A DNA stretch of 64,000 nt from Phycisphaeraceae bacterium (lineage in GTDB: Bacteria > Planctomycetota > Phycisphaerae > Phycisphaerales > Phycisphaeraceae), in NCBI GenBank assembly GCA_963674705.1, contig OY771506.1, forward strand, positions 3,200,001 to 3,264,000, read 5' to 3'. A program made the position numbers and the translations under genes. This document shows, piece by piece, positions 59,827 to 64,000 of this stretch. The notes beneath the pieces are model-generated. The model had not been told where the DNA came from. It worked only from the letters and a program-made list of their open reading frames with translations, and made no database searches. The stretch's first letter is position 1; the number at the start of each line of letters is the position of its first letter.

Positions 59827-61179
59827 TCAGAGTTCGTAGGTGTGCTTGATCCAAATTAGCGCCTCTTCGCGATCCATGACACGTTTTTCTAATTGGGCAT
59901 CATATACCGCATCCAGCATGTCGCCGATCTTAGGCCCGGCCGGGAATCCCATCCCTATCAGGTCATCACCGCTGACAAAGGGATTGGGGCAAACACCTTC
60001 CTCCCACAAAGGTTTAGAGTCCTGCTCAATCTGCCTGACGACCTGTTCGGGTCCAAGAACCTGGATCAGTTTCCAGGCATCCGCCCATGCGGGTCGCGAC
60101 AGCAGACGCTTACGCTTGGCCACGCTCAGTGTCGACCAGATCGACGCCTCAGGTAATACATCCAGGATCTGGCTCAGCAGGTCCCGTACATTGTTGCTCA
60201 GGCACAGGGCTTTGCGCCACTGGCCGGCTTTTTCCTTGCCGTGTTGCTCAACGTACTTCGCAGCGTCGGCCAGCGTTGCACTGGCGCTGCCACGATCCAG
60301 CATCCATGCCGATAACACCAGGCTGTAGGAGTGATCGATGCATGATTGTGTTGTTTGGTTGTTCGCGCTGGCAGACACGGGCAAATCGTAGAACCTGGTT
60401 TGGAACAAACCGCCAAGTGCATGAAGTTCAGCATCAATGTGAGGTTCTTCCAGCGTCGGGGCGTCGAGTTCCAGCCTCTGGATCAAGCCTGCGGCCTGGA
60501 CCGGTTGATTGCTTGTCAGCATCAGCATCAATTCCTGGCCGATCCTTTCGCGACTGATTTTTGTCAGTTTCGGTGCCGACTCACGGATCGCCGATTCGGT
60601 CACCGGGTCAATGGTAAAACCCAGCCTGGATGCGAACCGCGCCGCTCGCAGCATGCGCAGGTAATCTTCTCGGAAACGCTCGTTCGGATCGCCGATCGCA
60701 CGCAACACCTGATCTTCCAGATCTGCCCGGCCTCCCACAAAGTCGATTACACGTTCATGGCCCGACTCGACCGGTTCAAGTTGTTCATCCAGAGGATCGG
60801 CAAACAATCCGTTGACAGTGAAGTCACGCCGCTGTGCATCGTGCTCGGCATCCGTGAAGTTGACCCCCGTCGGTCGGCGTCCGTCTTCATAACCCCATTC
60901 GGTTCGGAACGTCGCGACCTCAATGCCCGGCGCGAACCGCCCGCCTATGTAAACGAGCACCACACCGAATGCTTCCCCGACATACTGGCTGCGGCGGAAA
61001 AGCTTCCGCACCTTTTCCGGCCGGGCTTCCGTGGCGATGTCATAATCCTTGGGTTCCAGCCCGAGCAGCACGTCGCGCACACACCCCCCAGCCAGATACG
61101 CTTCGTACCCGGCCTGCCGTAGGGTACGCACGATCTTGATCGCCCGGTCCCGCTGTTCCTGTCTTCGTCGCTTGGTCAT
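59827..61179 (-). CDS. CCA-adding enzyme / poly(A) polymerase family nucleotidyltransferase
   Basis: GGCVRD, DYDIAT, EVATFR, RRDFTVN, EDYLRMLRA.RF, SRERI. Confidence 0.92.
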   Translation of the reverse strand: MTKRRRQEQRDRAIKIVRTLRQAGYEAYLAGGCVRDVLLGLEPKDYDIATEARPEKVRKLFRRSQYVGEAFGVVLVYIGGRFAPGIEVATFRTEWGYEDGRRPTGVNFTDAEHDAQRRDFTVNGLFADPLDEQLEPVESGHERVIDFVGGRADLEDQVLRAIGDPNERFREDYLRMLRAARFASRLGFTIDPVTESAIRESAPKLTKISRERIGQELMLMLTSNQPVQAAGLIQRLELDAPTLEEPHIDAELHALGGLFQTRFYDLPVSASANNQTTQSCIDHSYSLVLSAWMLDRGSASATLADAAKYVEQHGKEKAGQWRKALCLSNNVRDLLSQILDVLPEASIWSTLSVAKRKRLLSRPAWADAWKLIQVLGPEQVVRQIEQDSKPLWEEGVCPNPFVSGDDLIGMGFPAGPKIGDMLDAVYDAQLEKRVMDREEALIWIKHTYEL

Positions 61180-61192
61180 TGCCAAAAGTGTA

Positions 61193-61228
61193 ACCGAGAC
61201 TCAGCCAAACATAACGCTGAGTCTCGGT
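61193..61228 (-). terminator. Stem-loop, probable terminator of the protease gene
   Basis: ACCGAGACTCAGC...GCTGAGTCTCGGT perfect 13-bp stem. Confidence 0.6.
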
Positions 61229-61271
61229 CCACTCTGGTAGACGTAACCGTATTGTGATTCTGATCGTGAAA

Positions 61272-62375
61272 TCAGGTAGTTGCAGGCCATCGTTTCAGCC
61301 AGCAATACATGACGGGAGGGATCATCACGATCAGGCTGCCAGCCTCGGGTAACGCTGCCAGATTGGAGGGTGCGGTGCCTTGATTCCAGTTAGCTAGGAT
61401 GAGATCCAGATCATCCAGGCCGATGAAGCCATCTCCATCGGCATCACCTGAGAAAAAATCGCCGGATGTGACATCCGTATTCCAATGGGTCAGGATCAGG
61501 TCCAGGTCGTCCATGCCCACGTAGCCGTCACCGTTCAGGTCGCCGGCGATGTAATCCGCGAAGATGACCGAATAAATCCATTCCAGGTAGTCGCTGACAC
61601 GTGTTGCCCCCATGATGTCGCCGTAGTCTGAATCGATGTTCCCATCGGTGGCATAGCCGAAGGAGGTGACGCCGGCCAGATAACTCACGCTGTCTTCTTC
61701 AATGAACCATCCGCCGCCACTATCGCCCGGTGCAGCGAGATACTCCAGGTCCAGACAGATCGCTTTCCCGGTGGCGTTCGGATCAGGATAATCAAAGTCT
61801 GCCATAAGGCTGTGTTCGGAATACCCGATCACATCACCGAGTCCGCCGATGAGGTTGTTACCGGCCCGCTTTGTACCCGCATCGTAGATATAGCCAGTCA
61901 TCCCCGTACCTGTTGCACCATAGCCAACGATCGTCGCCTCGCTGCCGACTTCGTCATCGCCTGTGTACAGCAGAGCAGGGATGACTGAATCAACAACCTC
62001 TTCAAGACGAACCAATGCCAGGTCACCCGCGATCGAGACGTCCCCCGTCCAGCCGTCATACGCAATCATTTCAGTGACGTTGTACGTAGTGCCATCAACC
62101 GTGAAAGTCATACTGTCGACGGTTGCATCATCAATCACATGCCCGGCGGTCAAGACCCAATCACCCGAGATGAGAGTGCCCGATGCTAATCCGCTGCTGC
62201 CACCATCGAGCGACCACAGGAACATCCCGACCGCGTCGTAGGCTTCCTCGGCCGCCAACGCGGTGTAGAGCGAATCGGATACGTCATGGCGGATCGTTCC
62301 CGCTTGGGTGTTTTTTGCTGCGAGTAGTGCGAATGTTGTAACGACTGCCAATAAAATGCGATTATGTAAAGACAT
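61272..62375 (-). CDS. Secreted trypsin-like serine protease with dockerin-like double repeat and PEP-CTERM-like tail
   Basis: WVLTAGH, DLAL, GDSGG; GDLNGDGYVGMDDLD / GDADGDGFIGLDDLD; LPEAG tail. Confidence 0.9.
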   Translation of the reverse strand: MSLHNRILLAVVTTFALLAAKNTQAGTIRHDVSDSLYTALAAEEAYDAVGMFLWSLDGGSSGLASGTLISGDWVLTAGHVIDDATVDSMTFTVDGTTYNVTEMIAYDGWTGDVSIAGDLALVRLEEVVDSVIPALLYTGDDEVGSEATIVGYGATGTGMTGYIYDAGTKRAGNNLIGGLGDVIGYSEHSLMADFDYPDPNATGKAICLDLEYLAAPGDSGGGWFIEEDSVSYLAGVTSFGYATDGNIDSDYGDIMGATRVSDYLEWIYSVIFADYIAGDLNGDGYVGMDDLDLILTHWNTDVTSGDFFSGDADGDGFIGLDDLDLILANWNQGTAPSNLAALPEAGSLIVMIPPVMYCWLKRWPATT

Positions 62376-62561
62376 ACGATAACCTCTCTAATACGGGCGG
62401 CCCCGTTGTTAGCAATGAGAGTTTTAGGTTGTGTCTTGTGCTTACTAACAGGTAGTCGCCACCCACCTGCCAATCACAAGCCGGGGGCCACGACATAGCC
62501 AAGAAATGTCGGATTACACCGATTACTCACACTTGAGGAGGATAGAACGGCCTTAACCGGC

Positions 62562-63374
62562 TTAACGAGCCCGTAACGCCAGACCGAGCAGGCCCAGCAG
62601 GATCAATGTGGACGGTTCAGGAACGACCGCGGCTGCAGGTGTGCCTTGGTTCCAATGATTCAACACCCAGTCCAGATCGTCCAGACCAACAAAGCCGTCG
62701 CCATTGCTGTCACCCGCAGGCGGATTAAGGGGGCCGGTGTCAGCGTTCCAGTTGTTGAGCACGGTATCCAGGTCATCCAGCCCGACGAAGCCATCGAGCG
62801 AAAGGTCGCCCGCCTGATGCGTGATCTTGAATGTGACGTTCAACTCATCCACAGCAAGTGGATCACCGGAAGCATCCGTGAGCACGGTATCAGTACCGAG
62901 GTCGAATGTGTGTTCACCAACGGATGCGTCAGTGTTGATGGTGAATTTGAAGTATTGAAGATCGCCCACTTTGTTTATGACCATATTCGCGGGATTTACC
63001 AGTCTGCCCGATGCTTCACCGGGCGCAAGAAGTGTCTCGAACACCATCAAATTGCCCTCAAAAAAGTCACGGCCTGCATCGGGTTTGTCATACGCCGCAC
63101 CGAGACCGCCGGGAATCAACTGCATCCAGTCCGGCAGATACAATGAATACTGAGCGCCCCATGTAGCCTCGCCATTTAACGGCCGATTGTCAGCGAACAC
63201 CCACACTGTGTACACCGTCGTTCCGTCGGCAACCATCACGCTGTTTTCCGCATAGGTACCGACGATCGCGCTGCCGTGAGCTTGCGGTATCAACAACCAT
63301 GACATCGCACAGACACTCAGACAGCAGACAAAAACAACACGCCGGGTCAGAACGGAAGTTGATTGGCCTTGCAT
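62562..63374 (-). CDS. PEP-CTERM protein with possible cohesin-like domain and dockerin-like double repeat
   Basis: Beta-rich N-domain (GDLQYFKFTINTDASVGEHTFDL...LTDASG); two DGFVGLDDLD repeats; VPEP tail. Confidence 0.75.
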   Translation of the reverse strand: MQGQSTSVLTRRVVFVCCLSVCAMSWLLIPQAHGSAIVGTYAENSVMVADGTTVYTVWVFADNRPLNGEATWGAQYSLYLPDWMQLIPGGLGAAYDKPDAGRDFFEGNLMVFETLLAPGEASGRLVNPANMVINKVGDLQYFKFTINTDASVGEHTFDLGTDTVLTDASGDPLAVDELNVTFKITHQAGDLSLDGFVGLDDLDTVLNNWNADTGPLNPPAGDSNGDGFVGLDDLDWVLNHWNQGTPAAAVVPEPSTLILLGLLGLALRAR

Positions 63375-63803
63375 TTTTCTCCCTCCAGCTAACCAGATAT
63401 GTGAGCACCGCAGTCAACGGGCTTGTTTCTGCGATGTGATTTGTGCCCCTTATTATCCAGAGCTCGACATCATCGCTCAAGAAAAAAATGACCGAACTGT
63501 CTCTTTAATAACAGATAGAGGGTAGAAACAGCGATTTTTTTTGCTTCTCAGGTAACAAAGTTTCAAATGGCGGCTGTTACAGGTCTCGTGGTAAAACCTG
63601 GCAGAATCCGGCTGCATACGCAGCATCGTTTGCCGGTTAACAAGTTACTGTTTCAGTGAAGTTCTCCAGGTTGCCCAAATCTCATAACTGTCTTTTTCAT
63701 CTGGTCTTGCTAATTAAAATCAGGCTGTTGAAATCGGGCAATATCGTGGTATGACATGCTTATCCGTGTTAAACTTATGGCGTATGTGCTATGGAGGGAC
63801 TGC

Positions 63804-64000
63804 GTGCAATTTAAGAAGTTATCTGTTGTAAGTGCTGTGGTCGTTTCCTCGGCTATGCTGGCGTTGCCTGCCTCATCTGTTGCTGAACAGACGCTTCTCT
63901 GGAGCGACGAGTTTGACGGCACGTCGCTGGATACCACCAAGTGGGACGTCGTCGACCAGGAAGACTGGTACGACGCCTGGTACGCGCCGCACAACGTGGA
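63804..64000 (+). CDS. Secreted GH16-like glycoside hydrolase, 5' part, truncated by the window edge
   Basis: GGAGGG before GTG; signal peptide then LLWSDEFDGTSLDTTKW; absent from the ORF track because no stop falls in the window. Confidence 0.75.
   Translation, partial: MQFKKLSVVSAVVVSSAMLALPASSVAEQTLLWSDEFDGTSLDTTKWDVVDQEDWYDAWYAPHNV

Overview
This is a 64 kb chromosomal window from a GC-rich bacterium, most likely Planctomycetota, class Phycisphaerae. That assignment is inferred from PEP-CTERM proteins with GDLNGDGFVGLDDLD dockerin-like repeats, a DUF1559-like prepilin protein and CxxCGY(D/N)LxG-CPECG membrane proteins. The backbone is housekeeping genes (tatD, ppa, rph, pyrC, guaA, aroB, proB, waaA, metG, nth, moaE, mutS, priA, yggS, CCA/poly(A) polymerase family). 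Between them lie a surface-polysaccharide cluster, a C39-peptidase/ATP-grasp/GCS2 peptide-ligase operon, a Fur/Zur-headed operon with a His-bearing pilin-like protein and two PEP-CTERM proteins, and several dockerin-like PEP-CTERM proteins. I recognised no tRNA, rRNA, CRISPR array, integrase, transposase or reverse transcriptase. The most unusual signals are: (1) diverged second copies of the 3' ends of tatD and of a capD-like gene, each just before an accessory cassette; (2) four zinc-ribbon membrane genes wedged between core genes; (3) 7-mer repeat arrays, some inverted, both intergenic and inserted in frame in tatD, mutS and priA, plus 9-mer-periodic and REP-type palindromes; (4) sigma28-like promoter boxes in front of three genes whose products end in -AA. 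All product calls come from motifs read by eye, not from database searches.
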